From assembly GCA_012295275.1 (NCBI GenBank), contig CM022672.1, positions 11,780,001 to 11,844,000 of the forward strand: a stretch of DNA of 64,000 nucleotides. The letters run 5' to 3'. Below the pieces are notes generated by a model. It was not told the DNA's origin. It made no database searches and worked only from the letters and a program-made list of their open reading frames with translations. The DNA comes from Chrysomallon squamiferum (Eukaryota > Animalia > Mollusca). A program made the translations under genes and the position numbers. How positions within the stretch are numbered: position 1 is the stretch's first letter; every line of letters starts with the position of its first letter. Positions 14,030 to 27,042 of the stretch are shown piece by piece.

Positions 14030-14710
14030 TGACAGGAGACAATCACTTAATCTGATAGCATGGAGAATTCTTTTAAACACAATCAGTTAATATCTGAACA
14101 TTCTGGACAGTCTGGTGATAGCAGTGAGAATTCTTTTAATGCACTCATTCAAAATCAACACATTCTTAAGAGCTATAACAGCATGGAGAATTCTTTTTAA
14201 GCACAGACAGTTAATATCTGCTCATTTTTGATAATTTGATAACATGGAGAATTATTTTAAAACAGTGAGTTAGTATCAGCTCATTTTTAACAATCTGATA
14301 ACATGGAGAATTCTTTTAAACACAGACAGTAAATATCTGCTCATTTGTAACAATCTGATAACACAGAATATCTGCTCTTTTTAACAATCTGATAACATTG
14401 AGAATTCATTTAAACACAGACAGTAAATATCTGCTCATTTTTGATAATTTGATAACATGGAGAATTCTTTTAAAACAGTGAGAGTTAGTATCAGCTCATT
14501 TTTAACTATATGATAACATGGAGAATTCTTTTAAATGCAGACAGTTAATATCTGCTCATTTTTAATAATCTGATAACATGGATAATTCTTTTAAACACAG
14601 ACAGTTAATATCTGCTCATTTTTAACAATCTGATAACATGGAGAATTCTTTTAAATGCAGACAGTTAATATCTGTTCATTTTTAATAATTTGATAACATG
14701 GAAAACTCTT
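14030..14710. repeat. 60-bp minisatellite, about 11 copies
   Basis: Unit TGATAACATGGAGAATTCTTTTAAACACAGACAGTTAATATCTGCTCATTTTTAACAATC, with an exact 60-bp period at 14511, 14571, 14631 and 14691. Confidence 0.95.
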
Positions 14711-17339
14711 TTTCTTTCTTCTTTCGCAGACTGCTAGGGCATGGAGACCCAACACAGCTGCTGGAAGCCATTTTGCTAATTAGATACCCCAGTGATGCTG
14801 AGTACATTTTTTTTGTTGTTTTCATTGTAAAAAAATATATTAAAGAAATGTGTTTGCAAAGAAGAAGAAAGAAAGAAAAGAAGTTATATATTTTTTAAAA
14901 TTTCTGTCAGCTATGAAGATTTGATCCCAGAAATGCTGAAAGCCAGAACAAACTAATCTGTCAATAAATTCAACTTTTATGATTTTTTATAAACTAATTT
15001 TTCAGTTGTTGAAAATATATTTTTTCTTTTTTCTTCTATTAGCATACAAAAGTTCTATTATTTAAAAAAATCTTTTGTTAATAACAATAATTTTTTATTC
15101 TAAAATCTTCCAGTAGGTTTTTATAGTTTATGATACGACTTGACATTCAAAAACGCAGGAAGACTGTTGAATACTGCCTGATACCTGCAACATAAATGTA
15201 ACAATTATATAAATACCACACACACTCTCCTGTTGGGATTTTCTTCCAGTTACACAGGTCATATTTTTTCTGCAAAGTTCACCCGACAATTATATTGTTT
15301 ATCCACATCCCTCGCAGGTTAATTAGAAAGGTTAATTAAAACAGACCTTCTCTGCCCCCTAAACAATTAGTCATGTCATATGTGTGTTTACATAAAATAG
15401 TTACGTAAACAAAGGAAACAAAAGTTAAACAAACACGCTGTCAGCTTCAATGTGTAAAACAAGAGCTACAAAATAGTTGTGTCACACATGATATTTTATC
15501 TCTTTGTGCAGTGAATTCTTATTTTTTGTTTGTTTGGTTATTTATTTATTTATTTAATATTATTATCATTATTTTTATTTATTTATTTTGTTCCCAGTTT
15601 TGTTCAGTTTAACACTTATGTTTTATCTTTAGAATATTCATTCAGGTTTAATTTGTTTTTTTTAAATTTCTGTCAGCTACATATTTGCTTTGATATTAAG
15701 CCATATTCAACTGCTAATTATATCACCTGAATTTTAAACTATCACACTTTGTTTGATGATCCCAGTTCACCATGAATATACAAACATACATGCTCACCCA
15801 TACATGCATACAGCATAATCAGACATACACATACAAACAAACACACATGCATGTAAAAGTACAAACATACATACATACAGAAATACATAATATATACATA
15901 CATACATGCACACACATGCACACATTCAGAGATTTCTCTTTCTTTCTCTTTCCTTTTCATCATGACATTTGCACTTATATTATATTTGTCACATTTACTA
16001 TACAATATCATTTCCATTTGCAAAATACTGGTTGAAACTGCAATACAAATGTAAGCCTGCAAACTAATAAACCTCCTTATAAAAGTGAAAATAAATGTTA
16101 TTCAATCCCCTTTATTATTCCACTGATAAATGCAGTTCTCAAACATAATCCATGACTCTTAATTCCCTTCATGAAAAAAACATCAAAAATCCCCGCCAAA
16201 GATTAAAAATTAAATTAAACACCTATTTACATTACCTCTTAAAATATCTACAAACCTGACTAATTAAATGTATTTCAATTAAATAGCATAAAGTCTTAAA
16301 ATGATCTGTTGTTCTGGTATTTTTTTCTCTGTTGTTTTCTGGGTTTTTCTGCTTTTTAACACTAAAAAATATTTTGTTCAGTAATTGGATTCTAGGTGAA
16401 AAATCAGGTCACATCTGTCACAGAGGATACAAAAAAAAAAGAGAGAGAAAAAAAGGTGGAATTAAAGATGCAGAGCTTTACAATGAACACGTTTTGTCAT
16501 TGTGTCACGGAAGCTTTCTTTTCTGTGTTAAAAATAATTGGGGTCTAGCCGAATAAAAGAAAAGCCATCTGCCTAAGGATAAACTGTGTTAGTTAAAATG
16601 CATCATATAAATTAAATTACTAATGCATGGATATAAATGTAAATTATTTATGTATTTAAAATATCCAGGGATTTGTATTATTTATTTTTTCTTTCATTAA
16701 TTTCAATTTGTATCCTTTTGTATGTTTTTCTTTACTTCTCTTTTCATTATTAAAAAAAAAAAAAAACCTGAACCTAACCCCTGAGTATTCACTGTTATTT
16801 ACACACCTCTTTAGTTAATTTCTAGGGGAAATATTTACGATTATCTCTTGGGTATGATGTAAGTCTGTAGTAAAAGCATTATATTTAATAACATGTGGTA
16901 TCAATTTGTGGATTAAAACTTAGCAAACAAAAGCCAGGATAATAAACTAGTGATCAACAAATGTTCTGCAAAGCCTCCTGCATGAATAAGATATGTCTTA
17001 TAGAAAACAGTATTACGGGCTTCCTCATGGGCTTAATCCATGAAACATTATCACTGAAGCACCATTTCAGAATTTGAGTAAATATATATTAATGTTGTAT
17101 ACTGGATCCTATGACTGAAATTTACAGTTACAAAATAGTTAACTGTTTTAGAATTAGCTAGCAGTTTGCTGTATTAAAAGATGTAGGGGGTGTTGTCTTG
17201 TCCCTAAAAATAGTATAAATCAGTGAATATTTGGTGAGTTTTAAACATATTTAATATTAACAGTTATTAGGTACTGATCATTATATATATATATATATAT
17301 ATATGATTCTGTTTGTGTATAATATGTATTTTATACGTA

Positions 17340-17425
17340 ATGATGCGAGAAAAGAAACTACTACAACTTTAATTTACTCTTATCAGTTAGCAGCAATTAT
17401 ATGTACCTACCCATAAAAACAGTGA
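17340..17425 (-). mobile_element. SINE body fragment
   Basis: gaaacta...tactcttatcagttagcagcaattatatgtacctacccata. Confidence 0.5.
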
Positions 17426-18109
17426 ACAAAAAGGATTCATAAATTAGAAACAGAATCTTCTGTTATTATTCTGCTTAGTGTATTTTGTAACAAAACAGGC
17501 AGACAAACTGTTTCTCCTTGCAGTAATTTAAAAATCATGAAAGGTAATAACCAATCATTTTACAGATATCAAAACAAACCCGATCTTAAGATCAGTGACA
17601 TGAATAGCAACCTAAAAAATAATAGATTAATAATAATCTGGAGAGGTTTTCAAAACAATCTGCAACAAATTGCTTTTATGTTGTTGCAGACACCAGCCAT
17701 TACACACTGGCCCCATAAAATGAGGAAGTGTTTGTTTACAATGCAGTGTAATAGAATGTCTCACCTGTCTACCTGGCTCCAAGTCAGGTGTTTAAACATT
17801 ACCTTACCAAATAAAATAAAAAAAAACCCTTCCTTCATTGATTGCTAGATAAATAATCTTCATTAATAAAAATAAAAAATAAAAAAATAAAAATAAAGAA
17901 GAATAAAATAACATTTTAATTTTTTTTAACCTGGGTTTATTCTTTCTGCCATACATTTGATAAGGGTAGGTTTCAAAATATCTGGTTCAATAATAACAGA
18001 GTAGGCATAGAAATACCCATAATTTATCCATGATTTAATAATATATTACATTAATCAGTCAATTAATGTTACTGCATGAACTGACTTTTTGACCTGCTAT
18101 ATGAATCAT

Positions 18110-18400
18110 GTTGTGGTATACTTAGCCAAAAAGATAATGTTCAAGAAGGTTTAAGTTTAGTGTCAGTTTGATCATTTGCTTTTTAAATTTTTATGTTTAG
18201 GGATGGTATACTGAACAAAAATGATTATGATCAAGAAAGTTTTAATTTTGTGTCAATATTTTTTACTTTCTGTATAAACTTATGTTTTTGAATACTTAGA
18301 AAAAAAATTACTGAAAGTTTAGTGTCTCCATTATTTTTGAAGGGTGGTATACTGGGCATAAAAGATAAAAATAAAGATAGTATGAATAAAGTGTCAGTCA
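18110..18400. repeat. Degenerate ~60-90-bp tandem array, about 4 copies
   Basis: TGGTATACT...TCAAGAA...GTGTCA recurs. Confidence 0.65.
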
Positions 18401-19149
18401 GTTTGTTGAGGTTTTATTTTACAGCAGTTGATAAATCATTTCATTTTGGGTGAATTCAGCAGAAAGAAATATTTTATCACTGCTTTCCCATTAACAGTAT
18501 AAAAACAACAAATCAGTGTTGGTAGTATGTAAAATATTTAGTTCAAAAATGTGTTCAGGACTCCATAAACCATTCAGTTTGGATAAAATCCTTCCCTTGT
18601 GAGGTTTGGTTTTGAAAAGTCTAACTGTGTAAGTTTCCTTTAAATAAATTTTGTCCAGTATATTTTTACTGCTGTTTCCTTATCCCATCTGCCAGGTTAC
18701 ATCCTGGTTGTTCTAAGATCTGGAGATTCAGCTGTAAGCAAAATACAGGTAATCTTTTGAGCAGGGAGGGAGGTAATTCGATTAGTTAAATACATGACCA
18801 CTCTTCTGAAAAATATTCTTTTTCTTTTTTTTTCTACTTCCCCGTAAAGAGAGTAAATTCAAAACATTTGCCAGTGATTTAGATAATAAAAGATAGCATT
18901 AAAAGATATGCTGATGCATAAACTTCTACAAATTATGATGATGAAAGATAAAGTGAAATCATGCTTTAAGAAAAGAAAGAAATGGTTTTTGTAATGGTAA
19001 ATCCCCAAATGAATGATGAGTGTCTTACTTTACAAAATCAAACAAACATCCTGAAGCAAATATTTTGGGCACTGAATCATAAACCTGAGTTAAGAAGAAA
19101 ATGGAGCAGACAATATCAGAGGTTATCTGAGATGTTGTTGAATAAGAAA

Positions 19150-19325
19150 AACAGAAAGTGAATGTTTTATAACACAGCCAGATATTTAATATAAATTGTT
19201 ATTACACACAAGTCATTTGTTTCTTATATAATGAAAGAAAGACTTTGCTGCCATTAAAGAATGAGCTACTGCTACTGATAATAAATTAAAGAAACAAATA
19301 AACAAAATATTTTTGTATGCACCTT
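19150..19325 (-). mobile_element. SINE 3' part/body fragment
   Basis: gaatgttttataacacag...gctgcca...atgagctact...ttttgtatgcacc; probably the same copy as the head at 19575-19650. Confidence 0.4.
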
Positions 19326-19574
19326 ACATCTGAAACAATAATTAATTTGAAAAGTTCAACACACTTTAATATATTTAAAAATCTTTATGGTGACAGGAAG
19401 GTCTTAATATTGCCATAATTTAAACAACAGTGTCATTAATTATGTGTGTGATAAACTTTGATTTCAAAACCACAACAATAAAAAAAATTCTAACAGTACA
19501 TTGCTATTTCTTATCACTGTACAAATACATCAAAACTTTAGTGCAAAAGTTATAATGGACAATAACATTTTTCA

Positions 19575-19650
19575 TACATCAAGGAGAACTGATCCAGGGA
19601 ACTACAATATATCAGGCAAGCACTCTAACCACCAGGCTATATTCAGCTCT
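19575..19650 (-). mobile_element. tRNA-derived SINE head (degenerate)
   Basis: Minus strand reads gagctgaataTAGCCTGGTGGTTAGAGtgcttgcctga...cctGGATCAGTTC, resembling pol III A and B boxes. Similar heads occur at 51030-51220, 54215-54295 and 62840-62910. Confidence 0.55.
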
Positions 19651-19980
19651 GGAAAGGAAGAGATAATAAAAAGAGTAACTTAATCAGTGAAAACAAAAGC
19701 TGCTGTAAACACATAAAAAAAGTGCAGTAAAACCAGTTTTAAACAAAAAAGATTTGGGTTAATATGAAACATTATGCAATAACACCAGCCCATCCCATCA
19801 GTTTTTATGCATTTTTCTTCAGGCAGCTGGCTCAAGCAGACTATGTAAATATGCACACGTTGTGTTCTGTTTTACAGATTTCTAAGCTTTCTCACTATGG
19901 GAGCTGTGTTTGAGGAGAATGTTTCAAAATAATGGAGGCTGTTTTGTTTTGCATATTTGTAATTACAAAATATAAACTAA

Positions 19981-19999
19981 AGGCCACCAGAGGGTACTG
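19981..19999 (+). promoter_or_regulatory. Weaker CTCF-like motif
   Basis: aGGCCACCAGAGGGtACtg has one mismatch to GGCCACCAGAGGGCAC. Confidence 0.3.
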
Positions 20000-21235
20000 A
20001 ATATCGTGTGTTTGATAAACATCGTACGGTATACCCAGGTTGTGTTATAAACTGAATAGTTCACTTTGCTAACACAGACAGAGAATCTGGTGCTTTCAGA
20101 AATAAATAATTCATTGCTGGTTTTGAACTGTTCAGTGTTTTTTTAAAAAAGAGGAAATTTTACAGACCCCCAAAATCTCAGAAGAATACAAAATTACCAA
20201 GTTGTGCATGAATTATTGTCAGTTATTTGTGAAAAGGACAATACACATTTCCACAGTTATAAATCTCGAGATCGTGTAACAGTGTTATTAAGTCAGAAAT
20301 GATAATTAGTTTGAAAAGTTCAACACTCTTTAATATATTCAAAAAAAAAAAATCTTCATATTGACAGTAAGGTTTTTAATATTGATATAATTTAAATAAG
20401 AATATAATCTACTAATTAAAACAAACCACAAATACCACAGATATTAATTTTTGTTATAGAGAAATAAGTCTTATTATTGTATCACATATACAGATAACAT
20501 AGCCATATATAATCTGTGGTTTTACACATTCTTTTATTAGAAATAACATTATTCTATGAAAATATTTACTAAAACAAAATGGCATGCTGACATGTCACAT
20601 TTTAAAGTAAAAATATTATTATTTTCTTTATCCAAACAAATGATGTAATTTAGACTCAAATTTTACTGCTTACTTTGTCAAACAAAACATGTCAAAACAA
20701 ATACAAATTTTATTGTTTTAATTACTCAGATAATATATTCATTATCAACCAAATCCAAATAATAATTCTACTAGTACATTCTGCTTTATCCACAAAAATG
20801 CAGTGATTTAAATAGGAAATTTACTTTGTTTTATCCAGACAAAATACATTGCAATCCTTATTTGTCTGTCAGTTATAATCCACATGCGAGAGAAAAAAAA
20901 ACTAAATCAAAACAGCATATTTGGTGTACTCTGTCTGGCTGATATACTGGAGACAGGTGTGCAGGAGAGTGTGTGGGTGATTGTCATAAAGAGATAGACT
21001 GTTGACAGCATCAAATACACAACACAAAAACAGACTCTTTCATTCAGATGAGCTGTTATCCAGTCAAATGATGAAATAATAAGAGAAAAAACAAAGTAAC
21101 AGAAAGCAGAGTGCGAAAGGGATTGGATAGGGGGAAAAAGAGACAAAGAAAGAAGGAAAACTATAAAATACAAGCGAAAATGAGAGAACCATATCAAATT
21201 CTTCATGTAATACTATAAACAACATACACCCTTGT

Positions 21236-21281
<46 letters not shown>
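21236..21281. repeat. (CA)n microsatellite
   Basis: Seen directly. Confidence 0.98.
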
Positions 21282-21283
<2 letters not shown>

Positions 21284-21564
21284 AATTCTAATCCAACTTC
21301 ATTCATAATAGATTCAGTAAACATATATTTAATATTCATCATAAGGACCAAGGCATTGATTTATTTAAATAATTCATCTTTATGTACGAGAAGACGAGCA
21401 AAGTAGGCTACTAAATGTAATTAGCTAATTAAGCAAAATACTTACTGAGACATAAATATAAATTATTACTGTCTGTAAATGAAGAAGTTCAGTAATGTCT
21501 GCCAATAAATACATTAATTACATGATCAACAGAATTGCTTCGTATTGATTTGTATTTAAATCAG

Positions 21565-21680
21565 AAGAAAATGTCTTTGAAGAAAGGAATCTTTGTCATG
21601 TGTAAAACTATAAAAATTGTCTCTCTGAAGAAAGCAATCTTTGTTACATGTAAAACTACAAAAATGTGTTTTGAGGAATG
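21565..21680. repeat. ~48-bp tandem duplication
   Basis: TGAAGAAAG(G/C)AATCTTTGT...TGTAAAACTA twice, plus a partial third copy. Confidence 0.8.
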
Positions 21681-21942
21681 TTAACTTTATTTGGTGTAAT
21701 GTTAATATCAGGAGCAGATCCAGCATTTCATAAAAAGGAGAGGTTATCATTGCCGTGGATCTAACAATTTCCACTTATTAAATTGTTCCCATTAAAAAAT
21801 TTTAAAAATGTATTTTTTAACATTTTTATTTGTAATATTTATTGATATATTATTTAATTTCTTTCACTGTTTGAAACTCAAAACATTCCAAGTTAACTGT
21901 CTATTATCATTAAAACAAATTATTATTTTTATAAATATTTAT

Positions 21943-22015
21943 ATAAACTGAAATGAAAATAAAGTAAAATATGATGCTTCAAATCATATTTTACTTTATT
22001 TTCATTTCAGTTTAT
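21943..22015. repeat. Perfect inverted repeat with 33-bp arms and a 7-nt loop
   Basis: ATAAACTGAAATGAAAATAAAGTAAAATATGAT-gcttcaa-ATCATATTTTACTTTATTTTCATTTCAGTTTAT. Confidence 0.95.
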
Positions 22016-24454
22016 TTTTAATAAACACTGTCATAATAATTTTATTTAGGTATATTTTTGGAAAAACATGACACCCACCCACACACACACTCACATACAC
22101 CTACACACAAGCTATGTACACCATAGCATTAGGCAAACCATTAAAAACAGAAAACGATCATTTATCTTTCATGTGTCATACCAGACAAACTGTCAATGAC
22201 TGTAGACCAAACATACACCCAAGCCTTAACCACAGACATCTTTTGATAAATTATATTTATTCCTCAGGTGACAGATAAAACAAAATTCAGTACCATCCCC
22301 TTTTTTTCTTTCTTTTTTTTTAGTCATGTTTTTAAAAATGTGCAGTATAAAACAAAGTCAAAATATACAGCCAACTCCATACCTCCAAGCATCAATCAAT
22401 TGATATGTCTGTTTTATATCCTGCATTTCACATTGCAAGTTCCCCAGCCCTTCTCTGTGCACTCCCTGGCTTGGTGCATTGACAGTTTTATTCAGACAGA
22501 TGGCAAGGCATGTAATTTTTATTATCTTGTCTCACCATTTGATATTTTGTAAAAAGTGAGAAAATATCACAAGTTGAGAGATTAATGGAGCCAGCACAAA
22601 TAGGTGTTGGGTCACATCACTGGACCGACGCTGTTGACACGACGTTGCTCTCGTTGTAGAAAATGTTATCTTCTAGCTTCTCGTTCTAGCACAAAACATC
22701 TGCTGATCACAGACAGACTGAAGGACGGATGTCCAGCAGAATATAAAATGTCGTAAAACTAATTAGGAATATTAAACTATATAAAATTAACTAGGAATAA
22801 CCTTTTTTTCTTTTTCTTAAAGTAGTGACATCTTTAGATTATATGTTTTAAAGAATGCGTATATAACAAAATATGTAGCTATTTATAACTAACATGAATA
22901 GATTGATTTTACAGTATTACTTTTAGACTGTATTTTATTTTTATATAAATGAAAATCTACTGAATGATGCACAACAGAAAAACAGATATCATAGCTTTGA
23001 TTTGTTTTGATTCTATATTTATAAATGAAGGCCTTCATGTTTTTTGTTTGTTTTTTTGAATTCATTGTGGTGAATTATCATGATGAAAAGGCTCATTCAT
23101 GGAGCTTTTAAGCCAAACTCAACTGCAGTTCCATGTAATGAAAATAACTGATTTGATTAGATATATAATTCATATATGAGATTTAATAATAATCTGGCAT
23201 TTAAATAACTTTCTTTGATTTGTTTTCAAAAGTTGAAAAATTGTATTTTACTTATTATTCATTTTAAATTTAAGTTAAAATATATATATATATATATGTA
23301 TATAAAGTTATTATTACAGAGTGAACAGATGGTATATAATGAAATCATTAACTACTTAACAAACTTCATTTATCTTTGTTTTCCTCTGACAGTGTGTACG
23401 TTTGTCAACATCAGTTTCTAATATCAACATGATATTTTTAAATATCCCTCATTTGTCACTTCTAATCAAAAAATAAAATTAAAATTAAAAAAGTAATAAT
23501 AATAATAATAATAATAATTTTAAAAGTCCCTAAAACATGAAAATGTAAATATCTTTGGTCATGCTCTAGTTATTGTAAGGGAAAGTGACATATTGTTTGA
23601 AACAAAATAATCAATATCTGTCTTGTTGACAGTATCTCACTCTGTATACTGAACACCAGCTGAGATGATTCATTTGTAGTACCAGTCAATAAAAAATGGA
23701 GGATTCTAACAATGACAGGAGCATTATAAATGTTATAGTGAAGTAATTACTCCTCTTGACTTCTTCTTTTGTTAGAAAAGTTAAGAAATTTATTACTTTT
23801 TCGTCGCTGTTGTTTCTGTTTTTATAGCATTGTTGTAATTATAATAACAATAATGATTTTTATTAGCGTTATTGCTGTTATTGTTTTTATTGTTATCATT
23901 ACTTTTGTTATTGCTATTATTATCATGGTTACTGTTATTATTATTATTACAGTGATTAACTCATGTATGTAAGATAGAATATACTTTTACTATTTAGCAT
24001 TAAACAAAATAAATATTATCAAAACATGGTCACAGTACATAAACATTTATAATGAAATGCTCTTAACCATTTTTCAAATACTTCTATGTACAAAATACAC
24101 TATATCTTTTAATTTTTCTTTTTAATATTTAATTACAAAAAAAAAAATTGTTTTAATAATATAATAACTTATTTTAAAACACGGTCACTTTTCATTAACT
24201 TTTGTTATATAGTACTAACAGCTGTACTGCAAACACCTTTTCATACAAAACATAACAATTTTTCTAAAAACCCACATTTTAATATTGCAATCCATTATTT
24301 AAAAACATGGTCACGATTCATCTACCAATATCCGACAACCAACAGCTGAACCTTTTATTGTTACCAATATTCTCTCTTAAGTATTCATATATTACATATA
24401 ATCCACTCTTTCAAGCTGACATGCTGGTACAATAAATAAGAATAAGAATAATAG

Positions 24455-24875
24455 CACCTGAGATACATATTTTTATATTAACCACTTGGTAAATATTGAC
24501 CAGACAATCATTTCACAACTGAGACATGTATTTTATATATTAACCACCCAGGATATATTGGCCAGCCTATTATTTCACAGAATATCGCCTAAGACATATA
24601 TTTTTTTATTAACCGCCCAGAAAACATTGGCCAAACTATGAATTCAGATCTGAGATACCTATTTTATATTAACCCCACAGCATATATTGGCTAGACTCAT
24701 TTCATTCCAGAGATATAAATTTTATATATTAACCCCATAGAATATATTGCCTATGCTATCTTTAAACACCTGAGAGATATATTTTATATTTGGACTGGAC
24801 TACAGTTTCACACCCTGTGAGATATCTATCGTATTGAACACCCAGCAAATACTGGCCAGAACATCATTTCACATA
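24455..24875. repeat. Degenerate ~60-bp minisatellite, about 7 copies
   Basis: CTGAGATA...TTTTATATTAACC...ATATTGGCCAGAC...ATTTCACA recurs. Confidence 0.85.
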
Positions 24876-24931
24876 ACAGTAAGTGTGTGACTGATCACTT
24901 TCACAGAATCGATAATAGAAAATGATTCACT

Positions 24932-24950
24932 CGTCACCAGGGGGCGCTTT
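24932..24950 (+). promoter_or_regulatory. CTCF-type binding motif
   Basis: cgtCACCAGGGGGCGCttt matches the CTCF core CACCAGGGGGCGC. It is GC- and CpG-rich within a ~30% GC background. Confidence 0.6.
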
Positions 24951-26044
24951 ATCAGATCTTCAGGCGATGTAGGTCTTTTCAGGTGTCACTACACCACTAT
25001 GCATGATAATTTAACACAATGGGTTATTGATTTATCAGAAATAATAAATAATCACCGGCCATTCTCCCAGGTCCATGGCAGTACAATGGCCTATGACTTT
25101 TCTAATGGTATGATTGAAAAGTGCTGTATTTTATTACTATCATCATCGGTGAAGAATGGAAATTTATAAATGATTTAACAAAGGTGGGATTTAAAAAAAA
25201 ATTAATAATAATAAGGGAAAATGATGGTGGAAGAGAAAAAAAGGGTCTGCTGGGACTTGTTCTAATTAATAACAAGGTCTGCCCTGAGGCATGAAATATA
25301 AATGATGGTCAACTGTAAAAGCCTAGTGAAAACGAAAGATATAAAAGATATTTTGTATTAATCTATTTTTGTGTATTTTATCATATTATTGTAATCTTAT
25401 TTACATACTTTTAATAAAGCAAAAACAAAATTGAGTATAGTTCGATGCATGATGTATGTATGTATGTATGTATGTATAAATGAATGACAATATGTGTGTA
25501 TAAACAAGTTTATGTATGTTAGTGTATATGAGTATCTATCTGTGTATATATATCTAAGTCTTTACACATGAATGTATGTTTTCAATACTATTTTATTAAA
25601 ACAAATACACAGATTTAAAACAGCCGCTGTACAAAATTCCGTCGTGAATCTGAAAACTCCACAAACAGTGGATCTACAGATGTCAAGCTGTCCATGGGCA
25701 AACACAGGCTTGTTGAATGGGTGCAAATATTTGTACATTGTGTGATAAAGAGCAATCAAACACAACATTTACTGACAGGTGTTGGCTGTTCAGATCATAA
25801 AACTTAAGCTATGTGTGACAAGGGTTCAAACTGGCCTCTTCACCGCTGATATACCAGTGTTGAAATCCCCAGAGTTTGCTGTGTAATGCAGGCCTAACAA
25901 ATTATGACGCAGACTGATAGAGAGTGTCATGCCACTGATAAGCACATTAATGCACAAACGCTGTGGCACGTCCTCTTTAAGAATCCACTTCACTCAAACA
26001 TTCCTCAATGGTGCTGTGCATATCAGTCTTTTATTCTTGTTATT

Positions 26045-26086
<42 letters not shown>

Positions 26087-26239
26087 TTTTAAAAGAGGTT
26101 TAATTTATACACAATCTTCCTAAATAAGATTACATTAACAGTTGTGCTGTTCCCTGTAGTATTTGTGACAATGTAGCCATATTCTGTAAAAACAGTGGGA
26201 TTAACTTTCAAAATCTTGTACTGCTTAAGATGAACACAT

Positions 26240-26880
26240 AAACATTTGAACATACTAGTAATATATTTATGAACATGAGAAACCTGGTAAAAAGATGACA
26301 TCATTTAACTGTAATTCATCTCCCTACCTCTCTTGTTTTGATAAAATCTTTCATACAAAATATGACAAATCTTTAACATACTATACACATTAAGATATAA
26401 GATAAACCCACACATACATCAGTACATAATGTTAGTATTATAACAAATACCCTGTAATTTATGGACACCACAAATGTGGTAAGATAATATCATTTCACTG
26501 GAATACATCTCTCTAATTTTGTTTTTGATAAAATCTTCTGTATAAAATGTCACTGTTGTACAAAACCACTACACTAGCCAAGAACAACAAAAATAAACTC
26601 AACAGTGTAAGTGTGTTAACAATACACCAGTAATTTATGGACAGGAGAGATGAGGTAAGGAAGGGATTCTGCAATAAATTTGTCCACATCTCTGTAATAT
26701 CTTTTACATGGGTCTAGTTTTATCATCTTCTATGGCAACATGTGACACATCTACAAAACAGTATGCTGGCTAAGATAAACATACACTCACACACACACAC
26801 ACACACACAACAGTATGTATTAAGTGCATATCCTAACAACAGGGCAGTAATTTATGGACACCAGAAAATGTGGCATGGAA
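26240..26880. repeat. Degenerate ~180-210-bp tandem array, 3-4 copies
   Basis: GTAATTTATGGACA at 26454, 26630 and 26847; TTTTGATAAAATCTT occurs twice. Confidence 0.75.
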
Positions 26881-27042
26881 AGAGACACACAAGTACTACA
26901 TGCATAAAGTGTATAAAGAAAATGCTGTCTTCAAAGACATTTGCTTCATGCCTGTCTTGTCTCATTAATCACTCACAACAGTAAATTAGCAGTGTGTCCA
27001 TGGTGGATCCATTAAAGAGAAGACTGCCGCACCGAATCCTAA

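Noticed and set aside
14030-14710. CRISPR-like appearance of the regular arrays
   Set aside because: The units are contiguous with no unique spacers, the context is eukaryotic and there are no cas genes.
15179-15205. Sense-strand ttacatttatgttgCAG|GTATCA
   Set aside because: The acceptor is acceptable but the donor is poor, and all three downstream frames stop quickly.
20907-21206. ORF starting MKNLIWFSHFRLYFIVFLLSLSLF, signal-peptide-like and on the DDR strand
   Set aside because: It derives from a low-complexity purine/pyrimidine tract, with no usable phase-1 donor.
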